A stretch of DNA of 64,000 bases from assembly GCA_000388065.2 (NCBI GenBank), contig KB932201.1; one strand, 5' to 3'. The stretch comes from Fonticula alba ATCC 38817 (lineage: Eukaryota > Protista > Nucleariida). Both the position numbers and the translations under genes were made by a program. Shown here in pieces: positions 27,301-41,924 of the stretch (position 1 is the stretch's first letter; every line of letters starts with the position of its first letter). Below the pieces are notes generated by a model. The model worked only from the letters and a program-made list of their open reading frames with translations. It was not told the origin of the DNA and made no database searches.

Positions 27301-29407
27301 GGTTGAGCGATTGCAAGGCCAGGGACCGTTGCATGAGAAGCACGGCCTCCGGCGAAGTGGAGGCCAGAGGGAGGCCATTGGCGATGGCCTGCGCCGCGCG
27401 GAGGTGATGTGCTGGCAGCTGGTTCGCATGTGCCGACATCGAGGTCGAGCCGGTGGGCACAACCTCCAGAACGCGGAAAAACAAATCCCGGAAGAGACGC
27501 CGGATCTCGGGCTTCAGCGGGGCCTGATACATGGCCAGCACGCGGACAAAGATCATCAAGGCATGCTTGTAGATGGCTGAACGGGTGGCAAAAGGGGGGT
27601 AAGTAAATGCGCAGGCAACACATGCGGTGGATTGAGCCACGGCCAGGAAGGGGGGGAGGGGGGGGGGGGGGGCGGAAGAACGGCAGCCCCGAGCGAGGCA
27701 TGTGCATGCATGCGTGAGGATGCTCCCCAGGCGGGGGATCTTGCATTCGTACTGATCGATCCCTGTGTGGCGTAGGAGATGGCCGTGCACACATCGCGCC
27801 GCATGAGCCCGACACAGGCCTCACTGAGCCACAGGAATTCCGCGGCCTTGGTGCTGAAGGTTTGCGAGCTGGGCACCGGGATCGATGTGCTGGACAGATC
27901 CGGGGGCGACATCTGGGACAGCATGGCCACCGACATGGCGGCGGCTCCCGGTGAAGCGCTAATTAACACCGACCGGATCATCTCCAGCGCCAGCGGCCGA
28001 CAGTACAACTCATGGCTGTCAGCCGACCAGGGAACCGTGAGGCCAGAAGGGCCGAGGTCGATCGCGCGGAAGCTGGCCACCGCCGGGGAGGCAGCCTCCT
28101 TGGATGGCGTGGCCGCGGTCGAGCGCGACGCAGCGGCCTCATCCGCCGCCGCCAGAAGGGTGGTCGCCTCGGCGCGAGGCAAACTCAAGAGGCTGGAAGT
28201 GAAGCGGATTGGGAGGCGGCGGAGGGGGGCGCTTTGGGCAGGGCGGTGGCCAGGGACTCGCGCAGAAGGGCCTCGGCCACCGGGACCGGGAGGGCAGAAG
28301 CCCCCGGGTCTCGGGGCCGGTATCCGTTAAGGTGACTGACGTCGCGCCGANNNNNNNNNNNNNNNNNNNNNNNNNNNNNNGGGGGGGGGGGGGGGGGGGG
28401 GGGGCGTCAGGGGCAGAGCTCAAAAGGGGTCCCAAACGAAAAGGGCGAGAAAGGGCACGGGCGAGTGGCGGGGACAGTCGAGGCCGGGGCAAACGCTACC
28501 TCAAGTGCCGGAGTATGCCATAGACATCCGCGCGCAGGGTCTCGGCATACGGGGTATCCACCTCGGCGGCCTCGACATTGACCGCGCGGCTGACCGCCGC
28601 ATGGGTAATTCGCATGAGATTGGCACGGCCGGTGGTCTGGATGATGGTGGACTTGGAGCGCAGCGTGGAGATGGTGGCCACCGTGTGCAAGGCCCGGACC
28701 AGCGATGTGCCACTCATCAAGGGCAGGCCAGTGTGCAGGGGCTCGCCGCCATCGCCGACCGGCGTGGCCATGCCGGAGGCGGGAGCGCTGCTCCCAGCCC
28801 CGGCACTGGCCGCCGAGTGCGGGCTCTGCGTCATGGTGGTCATGGTCAGCAACAGCCGCAGGAGCTGAATGTGGACCTGCTCCGAGCCGCGACCGCCATG
28901 GGCCAGGCCACACACGACACTCACAACCTCGTCCATCATGCGCAGGCCGGTCACCGGATCGCGCTGTTGGCCACGCAGCAGACCGAACAGCAGGAGCTTC
29001 TCAATCTGGTCCAGTGCGATGTCGGCCAGCACCGACAGCTGGGGATGGACCTCGCGCGTGTCCGCCGGGTCCGGGCTGGCCAAGCGGAGCGCCGCACGGA
29101 AGGGCGGCCAGAAGAGGTCGCCATTTGGAGTGGCGTCGTTGGAGGATGGCGGCACCGCGCGAGCAACCTCCTCGAAGCGTGCTTGCGCGCTGGACAGGGC
29201 ACTTTGCACCTCGCCCAGGAGGGGGGAGTTGCCGACGAAATTGGCGATCGGACCAACCCCGGCGGTCAGCTGCTGCAGGGCCGTCTGCAGCACGGCCACA
29301 CTCTTCTGCCAAGTCAGCGGGTTGCTGGCGGTGCCGGTCGCTCGGAAGGGGCTCCCCTCCGACACCGGTGTCGCGTTCACCGGCGAGGGGAGGTCGCTCG
29401 AGGCCAT
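20491..29407 (-). CDS. SEC7: Large Sec7-family ArfGEF (BIG1/BIG2/Sec7p type), 10 exons
   Basis: Exons approx.: 29407-28500, 28192-27753, 27576-26618, 26515-26342, 26118-25745, 25386-24979, 24858-24501, 24375-23821, 23600-21315, 21078-20491. DCB region; HUS box LYLNYDCD; Sec7 domain [34 protein letters not shown] (Glu finger intact), IMLNTDLH; HDS1 [23 protein letters not shown]; HDS2 [29 protein letters not shown]. Confidence 0.93.
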
Positions 29408-30641
29408 GGCAGGGGGTGGTGGGAGGGGTGGGACAGGCGGAGGGAAACGAAGACAGGCAGGGAAAAGGGGAAAGTGGGGAAAGGGCAGGGGAAGAAGGAG
29501 AGAGAGGAGGGGGGTAGGAGGGGGGAGGGACGAGCTCTACCTGTGAGAACCGGGGAAAATGGAAGTATCAAGGGGGGGGGGGGGAACGGCGATGCGTGGT
29601 GGTGAGGCGCCGCGCTCTCTATTCCTCGATGGTGTTGGCATTTAACACGAGCAAGGGGCGGGATCTGTGTGGTCCTGGCGCGACACCCCCGCACCCGAGC
29701 CAGACCGCCCGATGGACTCGGGCGGCGATCCCGGGGGGCGACGTCTGCCTGCGTGTCTTCGACGGGTGCGAGGAGGACCTGATTGCTGGTGACGCGGGCC
29801 CCCGGCCGGGGGTAGGGCCCTGACTCAGACCGGCGCCAAAAACCGAACAATCGGCCATGACTGCTTCTCCCGGGGTGCAATACGAGCGATCACCCCCCCC
29901 CCGTAAACCGATTGAATATGTAACCCTGGCGGCGGCCGGGCGGGCCAGAGTGAGGGGCAGGACGGGAGGGCCGCAAAAGACGTGCCCCTCCCGCGCCGAG
30001 GCTGACTGGGTCGCACTTGCCCGGCGACCAGTCGGCCCCAGACCGCTTTGACAGGAGAGGTGCCAGCGGGCGAGCGCGGCTAAATCAAAAGGATCCCGGC
30101 TGCCAAGAGAACAGCCCGCCTTCTTTCCCAGGCGATGGTCTCGCCCCCCCGCCCCCCTGCCCCTCCACGGAGTGCCACGGCGTGCACCGAAGGAGCGCTC
30201 GCAGGGCGTTCGCTGAGTGCCACCGCAACAGGTGACAATGAAAAGAGTGTTAACTGCCAAGGTTTGTGGTCCCAAGTATTTGGCTCTCAGTTGGCATGTT
30301 GGAGATATTTGGCCCGGGCCGCGCGCTCGTGCGCGCGCCAGGATGGGGCGGGGTGCCACGCGCCGCGTGTGTCGCCCTCGCCCCCCCTGGTCCATCCTCT
30401 GGGCGAATGCTTCCCCCACGACCTCGCTGCCAGGGCCGATGGACCGCACACCCGGGGCACATGGGTGGGCGAGCTTGCATATGGGTATGAGGATAGGGGT
30501 GTATATAATGTACATTGTGTAGAACTCGCGGCCAAAGGGAGGAGGGAGAAGGAGAGAGAGGCAGGAGGGGCATCGAGGGGATATACCACCACAGGCCGGC
30601 GGGGTCTTCTGACCTCCAACTACGGGCGGGTGTGGAGAAGA

Positions 30642-30680
<39 letters not shown>

Positions 30681-30710
30681 TCACACACCACACACACTCC
30701 GCCTCGCGTC

Positions 30711-32790
<2,080 letters not shown>

Positions 32791-33678
32791 TATGACAGGG
32801 GGTTCAAAGTGGGAGGAGGAGGAGGGGAGGAGGCAAGAAAAAGGAAATGGAGAGAGGAGGCAGCACAAGGAGGAGATGGGGAGGGAGGGGGGTGGGAGGG
32901 GGAAATGGAAGGGGTCATGGCATGCCTCCGGCAGGAGGATCCGGGCACAAGCGTGGCCGAAAAGGCAAAGCGCGTACGGGCAGGCAGGAGCTTCGTTGGC
33001 ATCTGGGCCGGAAGAGCCCAGCGTGGGTACCTTCGAGCGATGATGCCCGGAGCGCGTCCCAGAATGCGGAGAATGGTGTTCCGCTCTTCCGGTCCAGCGG
33101 CCGCGCGCCTTCCGCGGGCGGCACACACACACGCACATAAGCGCCAAAGGTGTACGCAAGCTTGGGTCTCGCGTATCATCGTATGCATGTGGGCGTGGCG
33201 GGAAGAGGGGGTAAGGGGGGGGGGGGGGGGCTCCGAGGTGCGTCCGGTGCCCAGGAGAGAAGCGAAACAGTGTGCCCTGCGGTGGCTAGGTTGTCCAACC
33301 CGGGCGAGTGTGTGCATCGGACGCCGTCGACTACAACCGGCGTGTGGCGGAGAGGGGGACGGGGGGCCGGGGACGGCAGCCGGACACAATGAGCAGGGAC
33401 AGGCGCCAGACGTGTGCACATGCATCTGGCTGAAGAAACTCGCCTCCCACTGCAGGGGAGCCGGCCCCTCCGAGGACCGGAAAGTCGAGGGCGGTTCTCC
33501 TCAACAGGCTCCGCCGTGCTGTCTCGCGCCCGGTGCCGTCGCACTCACACCCCCCCCCCCCNNNNNNNNNNNNNNNNNNNNNNNNNNNNNNNNNNNNNNN
33601 NNNNNNNNNNNNNNNNNNNNNNNNNNNNNNNNNNNNNNNNNNNNNNNNNNNNNNNNNNNCCCGTCTGCCCGCCGAAGG

Positions 33679-34200
33679 ATGTTTTCTCTGATCGCCTCCC
33701 GCACTGGGGCGGCGACTGTCGCTGCCATTGCTGCGCGGTCCGCCGCAAACCCGGCTTTTGGTATGGCGGCTACTCGGGCCTACTCCGCTGAGGCCGACAA
33801 GAAGAAGAAGAAGAAGAAGGACCAGATTGGCCTGGTCCGCGTGCAGCTCCAGTCCAATGTCCGCGATGTCGGTGTGGCCGGTCAGGTGGTCTACGTGGCG
33901 GCCGGCTACATGCGCAACTACCTGCTGCCCACTCGTCGGGCCCTCTATGCCCCGCGCGACCACCATGCCGTTGGTAAGCTCCGCTTCCAGGAGCTCCAGC
34001 GCAAGAAGCAGCTGGAGGCCCTCAGTCTGGATCCCGATGCGGTCCTCGCCGGTGAGGAGGGCGATGCCCCCGTTGAGGAGATCGCCTCCGGTGCGGAGGA
34101 CACCCCGATTGCCATCGAGGAGGCCCCCGCCGCCACTGTTGAGGAGGTTGTCATCTCGGAAAAGGCCCCGGAGGCGGCCTCTCAGCCAGCCACCAACTAA
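33679..34200 (+). CDS. MRPL9: Mitochondrial large-subunit ribosomal protein bL9m, N-terminal domain only plus an acidic tail
   Basis: Arg/Ala/Ser-rich presequence (MFSLIASRTG...TRAYS), then the L9 N-domain VRVQLQSNVRDVGVAGQVVYVAAGYMRNYLLPTRRALYA. Confidence 0.88.
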   Translation: MFSLIASRTGAATVAAIAARSAANPAFGMAATRAYSAEADKKKKKKKDQIGLVRVQLQSNVRDVGVAGQVVYVAAGYMRNYLLPTRRALYAPRDHHAVGKLRFQELQRKKQLEALSLDPDAVLAGEEGDAPVEEIASGAEDTPIAIEEAPAATVEEVVISEKAPEAASQPATN

Positions 34201-34665
34201 GAGCCTTTGCTCGTTGCTTCCTTTCTGCCCCCAACAACCCACCATGCCCCCCCCCCCCCCCCCCCTCTCCCATCCCCAGCTTCCTTTCCCTGCTAACAGG
34301 GGCGCCGCCGAGCCGCTGGCTTGCCCTCACGCAGTTCCCTTGACCTTGTTTCCCTATCCTCTCCCCCCCGCATCGGGGGATCTTCGTATCGCCCTCTCGC
34401 GCTGGCCCTTTCCTCCCCGCCAAGCGGAGTCCTCGCGCACAAATAGACTTCATATACTCGTCACCGATGACCATGCATGTTGGCCATGCAGCAAGCGGTG
34501 TTACGCTCCTGCCCAACCTTCCCTCCTACGCCTTGGCAGAGGGAGAAGGAATGACCGAAGGCAGGGCAGCGAAGGAAAAAAAAAAGCGAAAGCAAGATCG
34601 AAAGCAGGTGTAGTCACTGATGGATGTGAACAAAAAGGGCACTCCCGTGCAAGGGGGCAAGTCCA

Positions 34666-36389
34666 TCACGACCACTCACAGTCACTGGGAGTCCAGGCGC
34701 CAAAGGTTTTGTCGTAGAAGGAGCATGTCGCGCCGACAGTCTCGATGGCCTTGGTACCTTCAGCGCTGCTAGTCACCGGGACCCGGCACCAATCGGCCCC
34801 GTATGCCAGGGAGTTATGGAAGGCAGCCGGGAAACGCCCGGACCCGGCGGCCACCGCCTCCGGGGTCGAAAGGTCATTACCGCCACCGGCCACGCCATCC
34901 GACAGAAGGGCGCCCCCAGGGCCCAGCCCCAGGACCCGGAAGCCGCCATGCATGGCGGCCACCAGCAACCCCGCCACCGGGGCACTGTCGCCCTCTCCGC
35001 CGGCGCCCCACGACGGGTCCCAGCCATCGCGCCAACGAAGCCGCCACACACCACCACCCACCTCGAAGGTCTCCAACGGCCGGCGCGGGCTGCGCAAGTC
35101 CCACACCCGGACCGACTGATCGTAGGATCCAGACACCACCAGCGGACGGCCAGCGGACACCGACTCCGGCGGGGCCGACACCGCGGTGACACCGGCATTA
35201 TGGCTGTCGGATAGCAGCCAACCGGACAAAGGGAAGGCAAGGCACCAGGACGGGGGAGGGGGGACGCCAAACAAACAGGGGAGGGAAGCGGAGTGTAAGA
35301 ATGGTGGGGGGGGGAGACACTGGTGTGAGGAGGGGACACGCACGAGCGATTGGTGAACACCGAAGAATCGAAGCCCATGCGGAGATCCCAGCCACGGAAG
35401 ACACCATCGTCACCGCCACTCAAAACCATGCACCCGAGAGCCGGGTGGGCATCCGGTGCCAGAGAGGGACCCGCCGTGGCCGCCGCCAGGGTGACTTCCT
35501 CATCGTCCGGGAAAACGACATGCTTCTCGTCTGCCGAAACAACAGGCGTCTCCGGCTGGCCAAAGGCTGCGATCCATGCCTCGAACTCATGGACGCCTGA
35601 CCCGGAAAGGATGTTGGCCAAGGTCCCATCCGGCCGGAGGGTGAACAGGTGAATGCCACCAGCCGAGTCACTGGTAACCAGCTGCGGCGAGGCGCGACCA
35701 TTCATGCGGTCGGCCCAGTCGAGCGAGAGACACATGGGCTGCTGCTCGGGGAGGATGTCCGACGCGGCCAACAGAGACAGATTGTGCGTCACGGGGGAGT
35801 ACTGCGAATTGGCGGGGAGGGAGGGAGGGAGCAAGGGCAAAGCATGAGCGGGCTGATGCCGTGTGCACTGAATCGGAGGTGGATGGGGAGGGAGCGGGGG
35901 GGGGGGGGACTGCGCGCACTCGATAGAGGGAAAGACGTCCATCGCCGCCGGCGGTGGCGATCGTGTCCGAGTGGGCATGCCACTGGGCATCAAGCGTGGC
36001 GCAAGTCTCGAACGTGGAAACTGTGTTGCTAGGATGGCGAGAGCAGAAAGGAAGGAGTGAGCAGCGGTTGTGGCGGGAAGTGATGAAGGCCGAAGGGTGC
36101 GCACCATTCGAGGGCGAGGCGGTTGTCGGGCGTCCGGGTGCCGGACAGGCGGATCTGATGCAGATCGCCAGATCGAATGACCTTTTCACTATCATCCAGC
36201 TGAGAAACGGAGGGAGGAAAGTCAGCAACGCCGACAGAACACACCGGGGGGCGGAGCAAGAGGGGAACGGAAGGGGGAAGAATGGGATCGCCGCACCTGA
36301 TAGGTGGCACAGGTGACCAAGCCAATGCGATTGGGATGGGCGGTCACAGCGCAGGAACTCCTTGAAAAGGTAATCGTTGCGGATGACAT
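34666..36389 (-). CDS. DPH7: Diphthamide biosynthesis WD40 protein DPH7 (WDR85/RRT2), 5 exons
   Basis: Exons: 36389-36297, 36199-36105, 36028-35920, 35801-35344, 35203-34666. Motifs: CATYQL, LSLDW, HEFEAWIAAF, LSGGDD..RGWDLR, HNAGVT, SGSYDQSVRVWDLR, GGGVWRLRW, AAMHGGF, HNSLAYGADW, TCSFYD. Confidence 0.92.
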
Positions 36390-38444
36390 GCTGCAGTGGG
36401 TGGCGGCCAAGAGGGCGCCCGTGGAGAAGAGAAGAAGGGGAGGATGGGGNNNNNNNNNNNNNNNNNNNNNNNNNNNNNNNNNNNNNNNNNNNNNNNNNNN
36501 NNNNNNNNNNNNNNNNNNNNNNNNNNNNNNNNNNNNNNNNNNNNNNNNNNNNNNNNNNNNNNNNNNNNNNNNNNNNNNNNNNNNNNNNNNNNNNNNNNNN
36601 NNNNNNNNNNNNNNNNNNNNNNNNNNNNNNNNNNNNNNNNNNNNNNNNNNNNNNNNNNNNNNNNNNNNNNNNNNNNNNNNNNNNNNNNNNNNNNNNNNTG
36701 ATCGGCCTTGGCAGATTGGGGCACCGATGGAGGAGAAGAACGCGCGCCATGGCGACCGACTCCAGAAGTGGGACTGTGGGGGCCGAGGGGTGGGGGCCAA
36801 GGGGTGGGGGGGAGGATGGCTCGGCTCAAGGTGAGGAGGAGAAGGGGGGGGGGGCACCTGGCAAGGACGCACACGGCTTTGTCGACCCGGCCCTCTCTTC
36901 CTGCTGGTCTGCCCCCAGACGATTTGATCAGGCACAACCGCCGCGCCCCCCAGGCGGGGCAGAAGAGCGTGATGACACCGCGGCAGGGCTAAAACGGCGG
37001 AGTGGGCAAGGAAGTGGGAAGCACGAGCGCTCCAGGGTGCGCAGGTGCACCGAAGGAGGGGCTGCCACCTGCCCAGATCTACACAGCCACAAGGACTTAA
37101 CTTGCCACATGCTCACAGCCAGGGGCTCTCCAGCCAGGGCCAATGACCGGCGAGCTTGTGCGACTCGCACGGCAGGCGCCCGGACGCCCCGACGAGGAGC
37201 CCCCCGGCAGTCACACGCCAGGCCGGGAGGGTGGCCCTCCGGACACCGGTGACCGGACCTCGCCGAGAGGCAGCTTGAGTGACCGCGCGCTCACCCTCCC
37301 CCCGTCCCCTCCCCTCCCCTCCTCCTCCTTTGATACACGTATAGGGCCCAAGCCTCGGAGTCTTGGTGATGGACAATGCCACTGGCGCGACCGAGGAACA
37401 CTGGACGGATCCACAGATGCGATGGTGTATGCCAAGCATGAGCCATTCTCCGAGCTGACAGTGTGAAAGCCGGGGGCCCGCCCGGGAGGCACGGCCCCGG
37501 GCCCCATATGTCGAGGTTGTCAATAACCAGAAGGGCAGAGCAGCTGGGGACTCAAAGGAAGATGCCTCCTGAAAATGGACGGGGGGGGGGGACGGGGGAG
37601 GAAGAAACAGGGGCGGATGGAAGGAGGGGGTGGCAGGGAGGCCCGAGAGACAGGGAGACCAGAGACCTGCCGGCCAAACCACGCGCTCCCGAAACCATCC
37701 CTGTCTTTATCACTCAAAGGGGAGAAGCAGCGCAGGGGGGCTGTGGCATCGGCAAACCTCCGGCCAGATCGGGTAACAGCTCGGGGATCTGCCGATGGTG
37801 GGAAAAGCGCGAGGTCCCAACCACACCGCCCCAGGACACTTGCCAGCCCGCTGTGCCGCCGGATTGCAAGGGACATTGTTATTGCCCCGGGTGCAGTTAT
37901 GCGCGCGCCCCTTTGGCGGGGTGGGTACTCTCGCGATCGGCCAGGTGTGGGCCACCCGATATTGGTCCGCGCGTAACCCTGTGGCTACTGCTTCCGAGGC
38001 TGGGGCCCTCTCATCGCCACCAGCACCCCTCCCTCCCCCGCCTCCTAAACCTCGGTCTCGCGCCTGCCATTTAACGGCAACACTTTTCCATGTGCATTGG
38101 CTCCACAGGGATGCCAATGCCTCTTCCGCCCATCCTCAATTGCGTGCACATCCTCCATCCACCCTCCTCCGCCTCCTCTTCGCTCTGCCGCACCCCCCCC
38201 NNNNNNNNNNNNNNNNNNNNNNNNNNNNNNNNNNNNNNNNNNNNNNNNNNNNNNNNNNNNNNNNNNNNNNNNNNNNNNNNNNNNNNNNNNNNNNNNNNNN
38301 NNNNNNNNNNNNNNNNNNNNNNNNNNNNNNNNNNNNNNNNNNNNNNNNNNNNNNNNNNNNNNNNNNNNNNNNNNNNNNNNNNNNNNNNNNNNNNNNNNNN
38401 NNNNNNNNNNNNNNNCCCGGCCCCGCCTGCATCCTCGCCGAGCG

Positions 38445-39024
38445 ATGCTCTCCCCGACACGCCAGGACCCGGCGGCGGTGGAGAACCCCAGCACCGCCGA
38501 CGTCCCGGCCAAGGTCCTGCCCCAAACGGGCGGCGAGTCGACCGCCGCGCGTCCGCGCAGCGTTTCGTACATCGCGCATCTCCTTTCACCGCCCCCCTCA
38601 ACCAGCCTCTCTGGCGGGGAGGTCCAGGTCCCGACGTCTGTATCTATGCCGGGCTCCTCGTCCCCCACCCCTCCGGGGCCGGGGTCCGACCTGGAGGACT
38701 TCCTCCCAGCCGGCGGGACGGCTTTCCTGACTCTGGCACCAGGTGCGGCGCCGCATGCGCCCACAGGCTCGGGCATCAATCCGGCTGATGAAGCGTCGGC
38801 CGTCTTCGCGCTGGACCCGTCCAAACGCGAGGCCATTCTTAAGTCCAACTTTGCTGCTAGCGCTGTTCCGGAGATCCGCGGTACGCACACGCACCCACGC
38901 CCGTGCCCGCCCACACGCACACATAGATATATATATATATACATGTTTCCACGGCCTTTGCCGCTCGCCCATTACATCTCTTGCTGATTGGCTACATTGT
39001 CACGATCACCTCCGTTGTCTTCGT

Positions 39025-39055
<31 letters not shown>

Positions 39056-41924
39056 AACACCACCTTTCTCGGTCTCTGTCCCGTCCTCCGTCGGTCTGGC
39101 CATCCTGTGTTTCCAGCGGCTGCCGCCAGCTCTTTCACCATCCGGCAGGGTGCCTCGACGAACTCCTCCTCCGCGCAGTCGGTAACCTCCTCACGGGCAC
39201 ACTCTCCTGCCCCGGCCGGGGAAAGCCGAGTCGATCAAACGCCCCCGCCACGCGTGGCCACCGGTCAGCGGCACCCGCTTGCCGGTGTGGCCACCGCCCT
39301 CGGGGTCGACGAAGAGGAGGACATCCTGGAGGCGGATGATGAATTCCACCCGTCGGAATCGCCGCATGCCCTCCACAGTAACCTGGAGGATGAGTCAGCC
39401 GTCTTGAGCCCGCTGACCCCGGTGGCACCTGAGGCCGCCATGGTGCCAGGCGGCCCGGGAGACTTGAATGACCCGCAGATGCAGTTCCACTCCTACGCCA
39501 TCCGCATGGGGCTCTACATGCTGGTGCCACAATATGCCGGACCCGGGGAGGCTGCCACTTCCCCCGGGAAGCGTGCTGCCATTCCGGCCGCCGGCACCGA
39601 TCGAACGGGGCTCCCGACCGGCGGAACAGCCACCGCGACTGCCACGGCCGCGGCCACTCCCTGTCCCACGCACCGGGATTTGGGCCTGGCCCGGTGTCCC
39701 GGGGGGGTCCGTTGCCCGCAGGATTACACCTCAACTCGGCCTCTAATGTCACCCGTGCCGGCGACTCCATCTCCCTTGCTGACGAGCGCCGCCTCGGCCA
39801 CCGGCCAGGGGCCAGGCTCTTTCTTGTCGGGCAACCGGCACCTGATGGCCGGGGGCACGGCCGGGAACTCGCCAGCCGCCGGCACCACCCCCTATCAAAT
39901 TGGCATGGAGGGACTCGGGTCGCCGGCTGGATTTGCCGCGGCCCATGTTCCCGATCGCCTGGGCTTCCAGCTCCTACGCAAGGCCGAGGAGGTGCTGGTC
40001 CAACGCCGGCGGGTGGAACGCTATGAACAACGCTTGGCCCAGGCGCGCTTGCAGATGGACGCCCTGTCGGCGGAGTTGGCCGAGATCCGCAGCGAATTGA
40101 TTGCCCAGGTAGGTGTCGCATCCATGGCGCGAGTGCCGCCCTTCCAGCCCCACTCTGATCCCTGCCTCTTTCTCACGCGCACACTTTCTTTTTCCTGCCC
40201 CTGGCCCACCTTCAAAATGGGCCCGGTGTTTCCGACCTTTTGCCCACCTTTCGGGTTGCCCCTCTGCCTTCCCCCCCCCCCCCCGATGGTGGCAGCACAA
40301 TCTCGCGAAGAGCTCGACCGTGCACCAGCATCTGACACCGCCGGAGGGCCATAACAAGTCGGACGCCCGGTCGGCCCTCACATGGGCCGACTTTGCCGTG
40401 TCGACCGCGCATCAGAGCCACTCGCCGGCCGATCTGCGCGACTTGACCCGCATGATTCGCACCTCCGGCATCCCGGTGGCCCTGCGTCGATTGGTGTGGC
40501 TCACTTGCCTGGACCAGCTGGTTCCCGGGGACCCGGGGACCTTTCTCCCGGGGGGGAGCTTCCGTGACGGGGGGCTTCGGCTGTATATGCGCTATTGCCG
40601 GCTAACCGAGCAGGCGGCGGCCCACATCTACGAGCCGGCACAAACCAGCGAGTGGGATGACATGATCCGCGGCATCAGCCGTCAGGGCGGCGGCTCCGGT
40701 GGCCGGTCATCCAGTGGCCTGCGCAGCCGTCTGCAAAAGAGCACCCTAAAGGCCGTCGGTGCCGGGAGCCCTGGCGATGTGGGTCCCATGGATGCCATGC
40801 CTGCCGGATCGTACAGCCTGCTGGCCGGTGAGCCGGATGCCCTGAAAAATGACTTCTGCAATGTCCGCCTGGATCCGGTGGTGGTGGCAGCCATCGAGCA
40901 AGACCTGCACCGGACCCTGCCGGAGTATGCCTCATTCTCGCTGATGTATGCTCCGGGGATTGTCAGTCTGCGACGCATTCTCCGGGCATACTCCCTTCGC
41001 AACCCGGCGGTCGGGTACATCCAGTGCTTCTCGGTCATTTCGGCCACCCTGCTGCTGCAGCTGTCCGAGCATGAGACCTTCTGGATGCTGTGCCACATCA
41101 TTGAAAACATCTTCCCGCCGAACTACTTCACAAAGAACCAGGTGGGCATTTTCGTGGACCAGCTGGTACGTAGCTCCGCGCAAGATCACAGGGCTAGATA
41201 TTGCCCCTCTTCTTTCTCTCTCTCCCTCTCTCTCTCTGCTTCTCTCATCCTCTCTCTCATCCTCTCTCTCGTCATCTCTCTCATCCTCTCTCTCCGCCTC
41301 TCCCACACACACTCACACACTCACACGCACGCACACACTCACACACTCACACACTCACACACTCACACACTCACACACTCACACACTCACACACTCACAC
41401 GCACGCACACACACAAACACACACAAACACACACACGCACCACGCCGACCATGCGGCACGACAATACGACAATCCAGGTGCTCGGTGATCTCATCAAGAT
41501 TCACCTCCCGGAATTGGCCCAGGCCCTGGAGCAAACGCAGACCGACATCAGCGTCATCTTTTCCGGGCCTTTTGCCTCGCTCTTCGTCAACTCCCTGCCC
41601 ATGGAGTGTGTCCTGCGCATCTGGGACTTGCTCTTTGTTGATGGCAGCGTGGCTCTCTTTGCCGCGGCCTTGGCCATCCTGCGCAACATGCAGAAGGACC
41701 TCCTGCATGCGATGAACCGAATGGCGTCCGGGCCGTTGTCTGCCTTCAGCCTGCCGAATGGCTTGTGCTTCGAGATCCAGCAGCTCATGCGCAATGCCGT
41801 GTACAGCTCCACCGAAACCCGGCGCATCATCAAGTACCTCGGGCGCATGATCCTCGACGTCAACCCGGAGACCGTGTCCTCCCTTCGGGCAAAGTACCAG
41901 CACCACGACCCGGCGCACTCCTAG
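38445..41924 (+). CDS. TBC-domain Rab GTPase-activating protein with disordered N-terminus and coiled coil, 4 exons
   Basis: Exons approx.: 38445-38880, 39117-40108, 40296-41165, 41478-41924. GIPVALRRLVW; Arg finger IEQDLHRT; LRRILRAYS.RNP.VGYIQ; ETFWML; VLRIWDLLFVDG. The start is uncertain because a gap lies just upstream. Confidence 0.87.
41206..41440. repeat. Intronic tandem repeats: (TCTCTCATCCTC)-like units followed by a (CACACTCA)n array
   Basis: Visible in TBC intron 3 (41166-41477). Confidence 0.85.
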
